NCBI GenBank assembly: GCA_965140415.1
Contig: OZ223209.1
Coordinates: forward strand, 4,032,001 to 4,096,000
DNA: 64,000 nt
From: Myxococcota bacterium
Lineage (GTDB): Bacteria > Myxococcota_A > SURF-8
Reading direction: 5' to 3'
The notes under the pieces were generated by a model. That model saw nothing but the letters and a program-made list of their open reading frames with translations. It had not been told where the DNA came from and did not search any database. The translations under genes were made by a program, and so were the position numbers. Shown here piece after piece: positions 28,237-37,452 of this stretch. Positions within the stretch are counted from its first letter, which is position 1. Each line of letters begins with the position of its first letter.

Positions 28237-28543
28237 GGTCCGTTCCTTTCCTAGCGTGTTATGGTGTTCACCCACTGTAAGCATACGAAACCCCGGGAAG
28301 GACTGTCAATATAATTGCGAAATTGAGTTTGTTCGGCTTCCACCCTTTTCACAATAATCCCACTTTCTTATCTATTCTTCTCACGAAACAGGCCATGATG
28401 CGTATTTGATTTCCCATCTTTCTCCTAATCCCGTATAATACTTGCAGATATTGATTTTGTGGGACAGTCGACCGCAAGGTTGGGAATGGATTCCTTCGGC
28501 GGAGTTTATCGAACCGACCGAAGACAGCCGGAGAAGAGGCACG

Positions 28544-30571
28544 ATGGCCATTCAAGTGTACGAAACCAAAAACTCGCGCGACAGTGAAAACGTTTATCGT
28601 TTCCTCTACGAAATCTGGGCCGGCGATTCGGAACCCGATATCGAAGGCGTGGACCGCGAAAAACGCTGGATTCGAGATGAACTGGACGCCTGGGCGCGTC
28701 AATATGTCGCGGTGGATGAAACGGGCCGCATTGTGGGTTGTGTGCGCATCAATTTGATGGAAGAAGGCGAAGCCGGAGAAACGCTGAACGAGCGCATGAA
28801 GTTCAAGGAGTTGATCACCACTTTTGGGCGTCCACAGGTGAGCTATGTGTCGCGACTTGCGGTAACGCCCTCCCAGCGAGGCGGCACCGTGGCCTCGCTG
28901 CTGCTGGCGGCGGTGATCCGAACCCATCAGAAAAAGAATATTCCCGTCGGCACTTTCAGTTGTCCGATGAACCTGGTTCCCTTTTATTACCGCCTGGGGA
29001 TGCGTCCCTATACCGCCAACTATCACGCGGGATCGGGTGTGCGCGTACCGCTGATTCTATGCGCCACCGATGTCGGATACCTGCGCACCATCGAATCGCC
29101 GATGTTGAAAATCATCCCCAGAAATGTGGATGACGAGGGCATGACGGCGGACAAACTACGAGAAATCTTCCCCGATTTCCAGAATCCCGGTTTCGATCGC
29201 GCCTCCTCAAAGGGCGTTTGGGCCCGTTTGGCGTATGCCTCGCCGCAGGAAAGCGACAGCCCGGACATTCGCCTGTTTGCCGGCTTGTCGCAAAAGGAAC
29301 TGAGCACTACGATGCTTCATGTCTCCCGTATCGAATTCGACACGGGCGATCTGATTTTCAAGCGCGGCGAGCGGGAAGAAGGCATGGGGCTGGTGATCAG
29401 CGGAAGTTTGGGTGTCAGTTTGGAAGACAATCCGGACAGTTCGCACATCATCGCCGTGTTAAAACCGGGAGAAACCTTTGGCGAGATGCAGGCGTTTGGC
29501 GCGGGAGAACGCACGGCCAACGTGTTGGCGCTGGAAAAAAGCGAAGTGATGCTGCTGCCGCCGGATGTCCTGGACCGCGTGGTTCGCTCCAATGCCACCC
29601 TGGCGTTGAAACTTTCCAAGAATCTGTTGAAGATTCTGACGACCCGGCTGGCCTCCACCAATCATCTGGTTTCCAGTTTATCCGCCGGAAACGATCAGGG
29701 AATTAAAGTGCAGCGCCCTGCCCTGTATCGCCATCTCGACGAAGCCGATGTGCGCAGCCGCCTGGATAGCGATGCACTCTTGGCTGTTGAAGAAAATGAA
29801 CTGAACCTGGGAGAACTGGAGATCCAGGCCGCCATCGCCGAACAGATCGAGTTGGAAGCATTGAAAAGCATCGGATTGACGGATGGCATGACCGTGATGA
29901 CTTACGGCACAGGACAATCTCTGATTTCCCGACTGGTGGCGGAACAGATGACAGAAAGCCCGATCATCGGCGTGGAGCGCAACGCCCAGCACTTGGTGCA
30001 GGTAAACGACCTGATCTCCAGGCAAGGGCTGGACCGTTGCAGCTTTCTCGCCGGACAGGCGGATCATATTCCTTTAGACGATGAATCGGTCGACTTCGCC
30101 TATGGCCGTTTCTTCCGGCAATTGTTCCCCGAACATCAAAAAACCTTAAAAGAACTGCGCCGCCTGACGCGCCCCGGCGGCATCATCTGCGGCATGGATG
30201 TCGATGATGATTCACTGTTACTGACTCCGGGCAATGAGTGCGTGACGGAACTGAATCAGCGGGTGGCCGAAGTGCTTGCCAGCGCCGGGCGTACGTCTCA
30301 TACAGGCGGACGCTTATTGACCTTTTTCCGCGAGGTTGGATTGGAACTGGTGCGGGTTGAAGCTTTGCCGGTAACGACACAGGATCTTTCCGCCGAAGAG
30401 TTCTTCCAACTGGCCTTCGGCGTCAAGTGCGATATTCTAGAGCAGGCCGGTGTGATGGATGAGGAAAGCATCAAGTTGATCGAGCGCATCCGTCACAGTA
30501 TCGAGCGAGAGGACGCTTTTGGCGTATTGACGCTCTACCTTGCGCATGGTGCGGTTCTACCGCAGATTTAG
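28544..30571 (+). CDS. GNAT/N-acyl synthase-like + cNMP-binding + class I SAM methyltransferase fusion
   Basis: IVGCVRIN...SRLAV...RGG...FYYRLG (GNAT); FGEMQAF..RTANV (cNMP); IPLDDESVDF...RPGG (MTase). Confidence 0.75.
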   Translation: MAIQVYETKNSRDSENVYRFLYEIWAGDSEPDIEGVDREKRWIRDELDAWARQYVAVDETGRIVGCVRINLMEEGEAGETLNERMKFKELITTFGRPQVSYVSRLAVTPSQRGGTVASLLLAAVIRTHQKKNIPVGTFSCPMNLVPFYYRLGMRPYTANYHAGSGVRVPLILCATDVGYLRTIESPMLKIIPRNVDDEGMTADKLREIFPDFQNPGFDRASSKGVWARLAYASPQESDSPDIRLFAGLSQKELSTTMLHVSRIEFDTGDLIFKRGEREEGMGLVISGSLGVSLEDNPDSSHIIAVLKPGETFGEMQAFGAGERTANVLALEKSEVMLLPPDVLDRVVRSNATLALKLSKNLLKILTTRLASTNHLVSSLSAGNDQGIKVQRPALYRHLDEADVRSRLDSDALLAVEENELNLGELEIQAAIAEQIELEALKSIGLTDGMTVMTYGTGQSLISRLVAEQMTESPIIGVERNAQHLVQVNDLISRQGLDRCSFLAGQADHIPLDDESVDFAYGRFFRQLFPEHQKTLKELRRLTRPGGIICGMDVDDDSLLLTPGNECVTELNQRVAEVLASAGRTSHTGGRLLTFFREVGLELVRVEALPVTTQDLSAEEFFQLAFGVKCDILEQAGVMDEESIKLIERIRHSIEREDAFGVLTLYLAHGAVLPQI

Positions 30572-30925
30572 ATGATCTATTACGCTGTCAAACTTTGTAT
30601 GTCGAACAGGACAGGTCCAACCGGATAACCCTCATACTACCAGGAGAGACAGATGTCGAAACGGACCGCTATACGTTGTTTCGACCGCAATTTTGTTTGT
30701 TCTGACATCCAAACCACGTAAGTGAAAGCACAAACAGACCTTCTTACATTGGTGGATCAGAATCTTTTACCTTCCTTACCTTTTTAATGTGGAAATGCTT
30801 GCAAATATTTCTTGACTTTTTTCTCCCAGGGAATTAAATGGTAACGCCGATGCGGGCAGTACCAATTGACTGTTCGACCAGGTTTTGTCTATGTCGCTTA
30901 TTACGACATGTTTGACAATAGATGT

Positions 30926-31000
30926 TCCCCAGTAGCTCAATGGTAGAGCGGGTGGCTGTTAACCACTAGGTTGGCGGTTCAAGTCCGTCCTGGGGAGCCA
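30926..31000 (+). tRNA. tRNA-Asn (GTT)
   Basis: TCCCCAG acceptor stem, AGCTCAATGGTAGAGC D-arm, CTGTTAA anticodon loop, GTTCAAGTCC T-arm, encoded CCA. Confidence 0.97.
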
Positions 31001-32560
31001 GTAAGAACGCAAGCCGTCGATTTCACCATCGGCGGCTTGTTTTTGTTTAGCCCCTTCCGCAGCTTCCGCAATCATATCAAAGGGTTCGCGCCATGTGGGG
31101 TGCATGCTGCCTTCCTTGAAGGAGCAGTTGCAAAGTAGCAAATTGAGCAATCGGCGCTTTTCATGACTTGATTGGCTTTTAAACAGTGATACCGCATTGT
31201 TAGCCAAGTTTAAAAGTGTCACCCCCAAATCAAGGTAGCTGTCCTCGGCGTTTTGGTGCTTGGCAATGGCCCCCATGCACTCGTCTTGCTCCTTACGCAC
31301 GCCCTCGGCCATGCCCTTGAACATATCGTCCCCAATCAGGCCACTCAGCTTGTCCTCATACATGGCGTGCAGCTTCTTTTGCAGGTTGTCGTAACGGCGT
31401 TGCAGCCGCTTAACCGCATCAGCATGGAATTCCTTCTCCGTGGAATGGCTTTCTTTGAGCGCTTCCACCACCCACCCCAAGATTTCGTCGTCAAAGTGTA
31501 GTTTGGCCAGCAAGTCCACAAACAACTTGTCCAGCACCTTTTCCCTGACGTTCCTTTCCGGGCACTTGCCTTTGGATCGATACCCGGAGCAACGGTAGTA
31601 CACGTATTTGCCTTTGTGCAGGCTGCCGCTCATGGCACCGCCGCAATGGCCGCAAGTAACCAACTGCGCATAGGCAAACTTTTTGGGGCTTTGGCGGCGG
31701 TTCGTGGTTCTGCGGTTATCCAGCACCTTTTGCACTTCGTCGTATAGCTCCTTGGGCACGATGGCTTCGTAGTTGCCTTGGTAGTATTCGCCTTTCCACT
31801 CGAAATCGCCGGTGTAAACCAGTTGCCGCAACATCTTGTGGACTTGGCTTCTGACCAGCTTTCTGTAGGGCGGTTTGCGGTTGCGCAAGCCCATGTCCGT
31901 TGCCAAATCCACGGCTTGCGAAATGCAATATTGGCCGGTGGCGACCTCTTGGTACAGCCGCAACACCAATGGGGCAGTTTCGGGATCGGGTTCGATCACG
32001 TTCTTACCGTTGACGTTGGTGACATTGCGGTAGCCGATGGGCGAGTAGCTTGGCCACATACCTTCCTTGGCCTTTTGCAGCATGCCCTTGCTGGCCTCTT
32101 CACCCAAGTTCTCACAGTAGTTCTTGGCCATCAGCACCTTGATGCCGTGAAACAGCTTCTCGCTAGAACGGCTGTCAGGGCTGATGATGGTGTTCTCTTT
32201 TACCAAGCACACGGTAAGTTTTAGGTCATCCAGCGTAACCCAATCCTTCAAGTTGCGGTACAGGCGGTCGGTTTTCTCTACCAGCACCGTTTTGCAGAAA
32301 CCGGGGCCACCCTTTTTCAGTTCTTCCGCAAGAAACGCTGTCATTTTGCCAAATTCGCTGCGCCCTGCCTGCTTCGCTGTTTCCACGTCGATGTATTGGT
32401 GCAAAATCTCCATGCCTTCGCGCTCGGCGTACTTTTCCAGCAGTTCAATCTGTGCCGGTATGCTGTAACCTTCCTTCTCCTGATCCTTGGTTGACACGCG
32501 GGCATACAGCACCGCCTTTGTTTTGCCTGCCGCAATAGTGCTTGCTTGTTTGTGGGTCAT
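30959..32560 (-). CDS. large serine recombinase 1 (integrase); C-terminus reads antisense into tRNA-Asn
   Basis: YARVST catalytic motif, DRLYR, recombinase domain, CGHCG..C zinc ribbon, coiled coil; ends WLPRTDLNRQPSG*. Confidence 0.93.
   Translation of the reverse strand: MTHKQASTIAAGKTKAVLYARVSTKDQEKEGYSIPAQIELLEKYAEREGMEILHQYIDVETAKQAGRSEFGKMTAFLAEELKKGGPGFCKTVLVEKTDRLYRNLKDWVTLDDLKLTVCLVKENTIISPDSRSSEKLFHGIKVLMAKNYCENLGEEASKGMLQKAKEGMWPSYSPIGYRNVTNVNGKNVIEPDPETAPLVLRLYQEVATGQYCISQAVDLATDMGLRNRKPPYRKLVRSQVHKMLRQLVYTGDFEWKGEYYQGNYEAIVPKELYDEVQKVLDNRRTTNRRQSPKKFAYAQLVTCGHCGGAMSGSLHKGKYVYYRCSGYRSKGKCPERNVREKVLDKLFVDLLAKLHFDDEILGWVVEALKESHSTEKEFHADAVKRLQRRYDNLQKKLHAMYEDKLSGLIGDDMFKGMAEGVRKEQDECMGAIAKHQNAEDSYLDLGVTLLNLANNAVSLFKSQSSHEKRRLLNLLLCNCSFKEGSMHPTWREPFDMIAEAAEGAKQKQAADGEIDGLRSYWLPRTDLNRQPSG
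30995..31000 (+). other. att core GAGCCA (left junction of element 1)
   Basis: Same hexamer in the same codon phase (TGG CTC, Trp-Leu) at 54189-54194. Confidence 0.75.
31011..31048 (+). terminator. tRNA terminator embedded antisense in recombinase 1
   Basis: AAGCCGTCGAT-N6-ATCGGCGGCTT followed by GTTTTTGTTT. Confidence 0.75.
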
Positions 32561-32916
32561 CTTTCGTCCTTCCCGCCTGATCGGCTGCCTGTTGCCATGC
32601 CCTGTGCGACAATAAGCATACGGAGAATTGCCGCATGGAGCAACTCGAATGTGCTTGCAATGTGCAAGCAAGCCTTCGTAACCTCGACACTTTTTGGTTT
32701 ACAGGGGTGTCTTACCTGCCGCAAAGGGTGTTGCCTTTGCTTGATTGCCACCCAACCCTGTTTGCTTGGCCATTGCCGTGTGGGGTTGACCCTTGCTTGC
32801 CAGCCTTTGGCCCCTGCATGCTGCATGGCCACGGTCCTGCAACGGCGTTGCACCGCCTTAATAGGAAGGGGGTGACTTATAGGTACGTCTAAAAACGCTG
32901 AATCGTTTTTTAGGCG

Positions 32917-33792
32917 CTATTTTGCCTTGCCGAAAATGCGCAATATCTTCCGGTTGACGTTGTGTTGTTGGCAAGCATTAGTCCCATCTTCAATGTGCCA
33001 GTATATGTGGAATGCCGCCCGCCGCACTTTGACGCGAATCCCACCGGTGACATTTTTCAGCACGATACGTCTTGTAATATGGGCGGGCGGCACATATGAG
33101 TACGGCAGCAATACTCTGCCGTGCCCATTTCTAAGAAACCATATGGTTACACCCTCAAGAAAAGCAGCTTGATAGGCGGCGTTTTTCTCTTGTCTATTGA
33201 ACGGGCCGGGCACATCCACAACATGCTTTACCTTGCTTTGCCCTTTCGTGTGGGCGCTCACGGTTGCCCGGCATACCCCAGCCTGCTCCGCGATTGTTTC
33301 CCGAGTTCGTCCAAGGATGAGTTCAGGCAGTGGGTTTCTCAACCGCTGCCGCCAGTTTTGCGGCTTCTTCGGTTGCGGATAGGCCGCCAGTGCTTGTGTG
33401 TAAAATCTGTCCAGCTTTTTAAACCAACATGGCGACACCACCCACAGTTTGAAGGTAAACACGACAAAGCTATCGGTTGGGCGGCCATGCTCGGTCCGTC
33501 TGCTCATGTTGCGCTTTGCAAGTTCGGTCGTCACCCGTAGCCATCCGAAAATATCGGCATGCGTGCCTGCCATGTTGATGCGGGCAAAACCGCCGTTTTG
33601 AAGCAGCGTCCAAATGGTGTAGGCGTCCTTGCAATGGTTGTCCTTGAGCCAAGCCAGAAATTGCTTTTTGCCAATGCGCCCTGATCCGTTGTTCAACTCC
33701 TTGTGACAGGCCGTTGCTAGCACCCATGCCCACAATTGGCGTTTTGTACCGTGGTCCACATACGGGACCACGGGAAGGTGAATAAATGTCAT
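32917..33792 (-). CDS. basic HTH-containing protein, candidate replication initiator
   Basis: RETIAEQAGVCRATVSAH HTH; ATGA-coupled to the upstream small gene; position next to the integrase. Confidence 0.5.
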   Translation of the reverse strand: MTFIHLPVVPYVDHGTKRQLWAWVLATACHKELNNGSGRIGKKQFLAWLKDNHCKDAYTIWTLLQNGGFARINMAGTHADIFGWLRVTTELAKRNMSRRTEHGRPTDSFVVFTFKLWVVSPCWFKKLDRFYTQALAAYPQPKKPQNWRQRLRNPLPELILGRTRETIAEQAGVCRATVSAHTKGQSKVKHVVDVPGPFNRQEKNAAYQAAFLEGVTIWFLRNGHGRVLLPYSYVPPAHITRRIVLKNVTGGIRVKVRRAAFHIYWHIEDGTNACQQHNVNRKILRIFGKAK

Positions 33793-34001
33793 CGCTTGTC
33801 AGCCCTGCCCTTGGCCGTGTTACTGGCTTCGGCTTCGTTCTCTTCGGCCTCTTTCGACCACTGCATGAGCACGTCGAAAAAGCCTGCAAATCGTCTGGCG
33901 ATCACGCGGCATTGCTCGTCAGATAGTTTCTGCCCCAACCGGGGTTCCCAGACCTCTCTTGTGCGCCGCATGAAGTCTGGATTTGGTTTCGTCCGTTCCA
34001 T
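33789..34001 (-). CDS. small LSR-associated protein, candidate recombination directionality factor
   Basis: 70 aa; TREVWEPRLGQKLSDEQCRVIARRFAGFFDVLMQW resembles small proteins commonly seen beside serine recombinases. RDF role is inference. Confidence 0.55.
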   Translation of the reverse strand: MERTKPNPDFMRRTREVWEPRLGQKLSDEQCRVIARRFAGFFDVLMQWSKEAEENEAEASNTAKGRADKR

Positions 34002-34103
34002 GCGTAAAGCATAGCAACCGTGCGAAATGATCGCAACGCCTAACTGGTTGTTATTGTTCCAATATTTGGCTTTTTGGCACGTTGGCAAAAAGTGAAGCTG
34101 TTT

Positions 34104-35198
34104 TTACCAATCTTCGGTGGGGGGTGATTTGCGAATGCTTTCAAGCAAAAGGGGATCGTTGCGCTTGAGAAACTCTTCGGCAAGGCTGCGGTAATGTTTG
34201 CGGTGGAAATCGGTGTCTCGGTGCTTTGGGATATTTACGTCGATATAACCCAAATGCGCCACCAACAGGGCTAGATCGTATAAATCCATCCTCGGGTATT
34301 GGCGGGCAAACAGGCGGTACAGTTCCAGCGCCTCCCAGTGTTTGCACTCTTCATTGGTGTTGGGCAGTTTGCCTTGAAGGAATTTTAGGTGCAGGTCGTC
34401 TGCTGCAATGCGGGCTTCAAGAAAAGCCATAAGCTTCTCTTGTTCCTCTAGGGCACCCTGCTCATCGTCCAAATCCTCCAAAAAGATTTCCCCACCTTCG
34501 GTGGCTGCCGGTGGTGTCCGGTGACCAGCGCCCTCTTGGGTTTCTCGGTAAGCCTGCTCGGCCTCTTCGGCGGCTTTGCGGAAAGTGGCGATCACCTTTT
34601 CCACATCTGCATTGCGCAAGCTTTCGGCTTGTTTGATAACCTGCTTTACATCGCTTTCCAGCAAATCCCAATCCACAAAGTGCTTGTGCTCAAAATAATA
34701 CCGCACATCCTGATGCGTCATTGGCCAATAGCTAGAGTCAATTTCGGCCAATAAGCGTTTGACAAGCATGTCATCGCCCATGTCCCTAGCTTTTTCAATT
34801 TTGCCCTGCATGCGCTCGTACCAGCGCGCTTTATGACCGGATGTGGTCGTTGCATGGCAAATGTTGTGGATAAGGCGGGCATCCACTTGGGCGAGTTCAA
34901 CTGGCTCGAAGTCTTCGCGGGTAACCTTCGCCCACTGGCGTTTGGTGTAGCCTGCCTCGTCAAAGTTCATCGTAATGCAGGCGGGGTCGATCAAAATGCG
35001 CTTGTTTTCCGTGTCTGTCAGGTGGGCAAACAGCTTGTATGGCCAATGCTCTTCACCCAAGAAAGCTGCCTGCCATTTGCCGTCTTCATTCCACCGGTGA
35101 AAATATCTGCGGTTGACCTCTTCAAAGCGCCATTGCAGCACGTCATAGGCGATGGCCGGGATGTTTTTGTGTGGGTATGCGGTGCTTATAGTTGCCAT
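34104..35198 (-). CDS. SprT-like domain protein with degenerate HExxH (HNICH)
   Basis: FEEVNRRYF...LIHNICHA...GHKARW. Confidence 0.55.
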   Translation of the reverse strand: MATISTAYPHKNIPAIAYDVLQWRFEEVNRRYFHRWNEDGKWQAAFLGEEHWPYKLFAHLTDTENKRILIDPACITMNFDEAGYTKRQWAKVTREDFEPVELAQVDARLIHNICHATTTSGHKARWYERMQGKIEKARDMGDDMLVKRLLAEIDSSYWPMTHQDVRYYFEHKHFVDWDLLESDVKQVIKQAESLRNADVEKVIATFRKAAEEAEQAYRETQEGAGHRTPPAATEGGEIFLEDLDDEQGALEEQEKLMAFLEARIAADDLHLKFLQGKLPNTNEECKHWEALELYRLFARQYPRMDLYDLALLVAHLGYIDVNIPKHRDTDFHRKHYRSLAEEFLKRNDPLLLESIRKSPPTEDW

Positions 35199-35199
35199 G

Positions 35200-36246
35200 T
35201 CAGTGCCGAAAGGTTTCTATCTTCGCGCTTAGGGCCGCTTCCAATTCTCCAAGCTTCGCAAAGATGTTGCGCATTTGCTCTCGGCGGGCATCGAACATGC
35301 CTTGCCTCTGTACATCAAGGTCATCAAACAATTCACGCACTCGGGTAATCCATGCCTTGTCCCGATGGTCATCGTCTTGAAACACTTCGTTGAACTGCTT
35401 TTCAAAATCACGAAAGCCCATAACGTCAAACCTGCGGCCTTCGGACAACCTGCTGTCAGTTATGACCATATCGCCTAAAGCCGCCTGCCAATCCCTGTAC
35501 AGGTTGGCCTCTCGAATGCCAAGAACCTTACAAACCTCTTGTTTATGCTCTTGTGCAAGCTCAACAGGGAAATCGCCATGCAGCTTCTTGGCTAGGTACT
35601 CGCACACGTCTTTAACCAAACATGCTTGGCCATCAGCTTCTAGGTCGTTGGGTGTCGATACGCCTGCACCATGCAAATTGCTGCGCATTAGGTTTTCCAA
35701 ACCAATGGCAAGGTCTTTTTGTGCCTTTTCATCATCTGGCAAAGATACCCCTTTGCCCACCAATGCCGTGATTTCTTCAAGGCGTTGCAGCTCAATATGT
35801 GCGCCATCCGCTAAAGCTTTCTCAAGTGCTTCAATGTGGTCTGTAATTTTGTCATTATCAGGCTTTTGCGCGGGATCGAGCAGTGCCCGTTCTCTGCGAA
35901 AAGCTCTTATCCATCCAAGCACGGCAACCAAGCGGTAAACCGTGCCATGATACTTGTACACGTGGTATGGCGTATGAGGGGCCTGAGTGCTAAGGTAAAT
36001 CTGTCTTCCGGGTTCTTCGATAATTTCCTTTAAACGCCACCGAAGCGAGCCCACAGCAGAATGCAGGGGATCGGCATACAAGCGGAAAACATCTTTTCGG
36101 TGTTGCCGGGCCTTTTCTTCTCTTTGCTGGAAATTTTCCTCTGCGCTTTTACGGTGCAAATAGACCGCACTAAGAGCACCGACAAGTGCTCCACATGTCG
36201 CGCCACAAAAAGCAAAAAGCCCCGCCGCAAATTGAGAATCCATCAT
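35200..36246 (-). CDS. hypothetical protein with N-terminal TM helix
   Basis: Long ORF tightly packed in the minus-strand cluster. Confidence 0.7.
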   Translation of the reverse strand: MMDSQFAAGLFAFCGATCGALVGALSAVYLHRKSAEENFQQREEKARQHRKDVFRLYADPLHSAVGSLRWRLKEIIEEPGRQIYLSTQAPHTPYHVYKYHGTVYRLVAVLGWIRAFRRERALLDPAQKPDNDKITDHIEALEKALADGAHIELQRLEEITALVGKGVSLPDDEKAQKDLAIGLENLMRSNLHGAGVSTPNDLEADGQACLVKDVCEYLAKKLHGDFPVELAQEHKQEVCKVLGIREANLYRDWQAALGDMVITDSRLSEGRRFDVMGFRDFEKQFNEVFQDDDHRDKAWITRVRELFDDLDVQRQGMFDARREQMRNIFAKLGELEAALSAKIETFRH

Positions 36247-36268
36247 AAGCCCCTTATGCTGCCCATAC

Positions 36269-37441
36269 CTACAGTTCTTCCTCATCCCGCATGGTAGCAA
36301 AGAACGTGTCGTCCACCTCTTCAAGCTCTAGCTGGGTTTTCTTGACGCCAAGGCCGTACTTGATAAGCATGCGCACCAACTCGTCGCCGTTTATCAGCGT
36401 AATGGGTGCCGCATTCGGGAAAAGCGCCGCCTCTTGGCAGCCCTTGGTAAAATCGCTCAGCGTTATCAGCGTGCCGCGAATGGCATTGTGGTAGGGCAAG
36501 CAGCCCCGCAACTGGTCGAGGATCGGGCGGGCAACGTTGTTTCGCTGGCGTTTGACCTGCACCACTTCGGTTACGGTGGTGATACCGAACTGCACGCTGC
36601 CCACCACGTCAATGCCCTTGTCGCCGCTTACTTTGGTGACTTCGACATCTTGGTAATCCATCGCGTCCAAGAGCGCCCCGACAAGCTCTTCAAACTTTGC
36701 GGGCGGCATGTTGTGCAGGGTTTCCCTCAGTTGGTCGCGTTGTTCGGTGTTGAACGCCTGCACCATGCGGGTGATGTCCTGCTTGGGGTTTTCGCCCTGC
36801 GGTTTGGCCGCCCCAATGTATTCATTGCCCGCATCGGTAATGCTGTAGCTGTTGCCCTCGCGCATAACAAGCCCGCGTTCCACAAGGTTGAGCAAGCGCC
36901 GCCGCAAGGTGTCAATGGTTGTGCTGGTTTTGCCAAACTTGCTGTACTTGTGCAGGTAGTCGCCCCAATCGCCCAACAGGTCGCCACGCTTGGCGCTGGG
37001 TTTTGCCGCAAGCAGGGTAAGCAGGTGGAAAATGCCTTCCTGCTCGTCAAGTTCGCGGACAATGGTTTCGTCACCAACCAGAAACGCTTCGCCATTGTCG
37101 CTTAAACTATAGACACCCGAACCATTCGTTTCCAACAGTTCGTAAAGGTTGACAAGTAGATACCCGCCATAGGCGTGGCGCGGGTTTACCTGCTTCATAC
37201 TGTCCCACCACAGGTGATTGGCCAGTTCGGCACTTACACCTCGCAAACGCTCGTGTATCCAGTCATCAGGATCGGACCAATCCACCGGCTTTTGCGGTGT
37301 GCCGGTCTGCTCGTGGATGCATTTGATCATCTCACGGATGTTTTCCTTTGGTGTACCGTGCCAGATGCGAAGCAAGTGTCGCACGGTGGTGTAGTCGGGG
37401 AACAGGGGCGAACGCACACGGTATTGGCTGGGTTTGAGCAT
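36269..37441 (-). CDS. mrr: Mrr-family type IV restriction endonuclease
   Basis: FEELVGALLDAMDY, SGDKGIDV, VVQVKR, TLSDFT, LINGDEL. Confidence 0.88.
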   Translation of the reverse strand: MLKPSQYRVRSPLFPDYTTVRHLLRIWHGTPKENIREMIKCIHEQTGTPQKPVDWSDPDDWIHERLRGVSAELANHLWWDSMKQVNPRHAYGGYLLVNLYELLETNGSGVYSLSDNGEAFLVGDETIVRELDEQEGIFHLLTLLAAKPSAKRGDLLGDWGDYLHKYSKFGKTSTTIDTLRRRLLNLVERGLVMREGNSYSITDAGNEYIGAAKPQGENPKQDITRMVQAFNTEQRDQLRETLHNMPPAKFEELVGALLDAMDYQDVEVTKVSGDKGIDVVGSVQFGITTVTEVVQVKRQRNNVARPILDQLRGCLPYHNAIRGTLITLSDFTKGCQEAALFPNAAPITLINGDELVRMLIKYGLGVKKTQLELEEVDDTFFATMRDEEEL

Positions 37442-37445
37442 GGGG
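37383..37445. repeat. direct repeat A copy 1 (mrr 5' end); copy 2 at 38681-38743
   Basis: 63 bp with 6 mismatches, counted by eye. Confidence 0.9.
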
Positions 37446-37452
37446 CTTATTC

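Noticed and set aside
32561-32671. Longer N-terminus of LSR1 given in the ORF track
   Set aside because: An RBS-like GGAAGG precedes the ATG at 32560, and the catalytic domain begins shortly after it.
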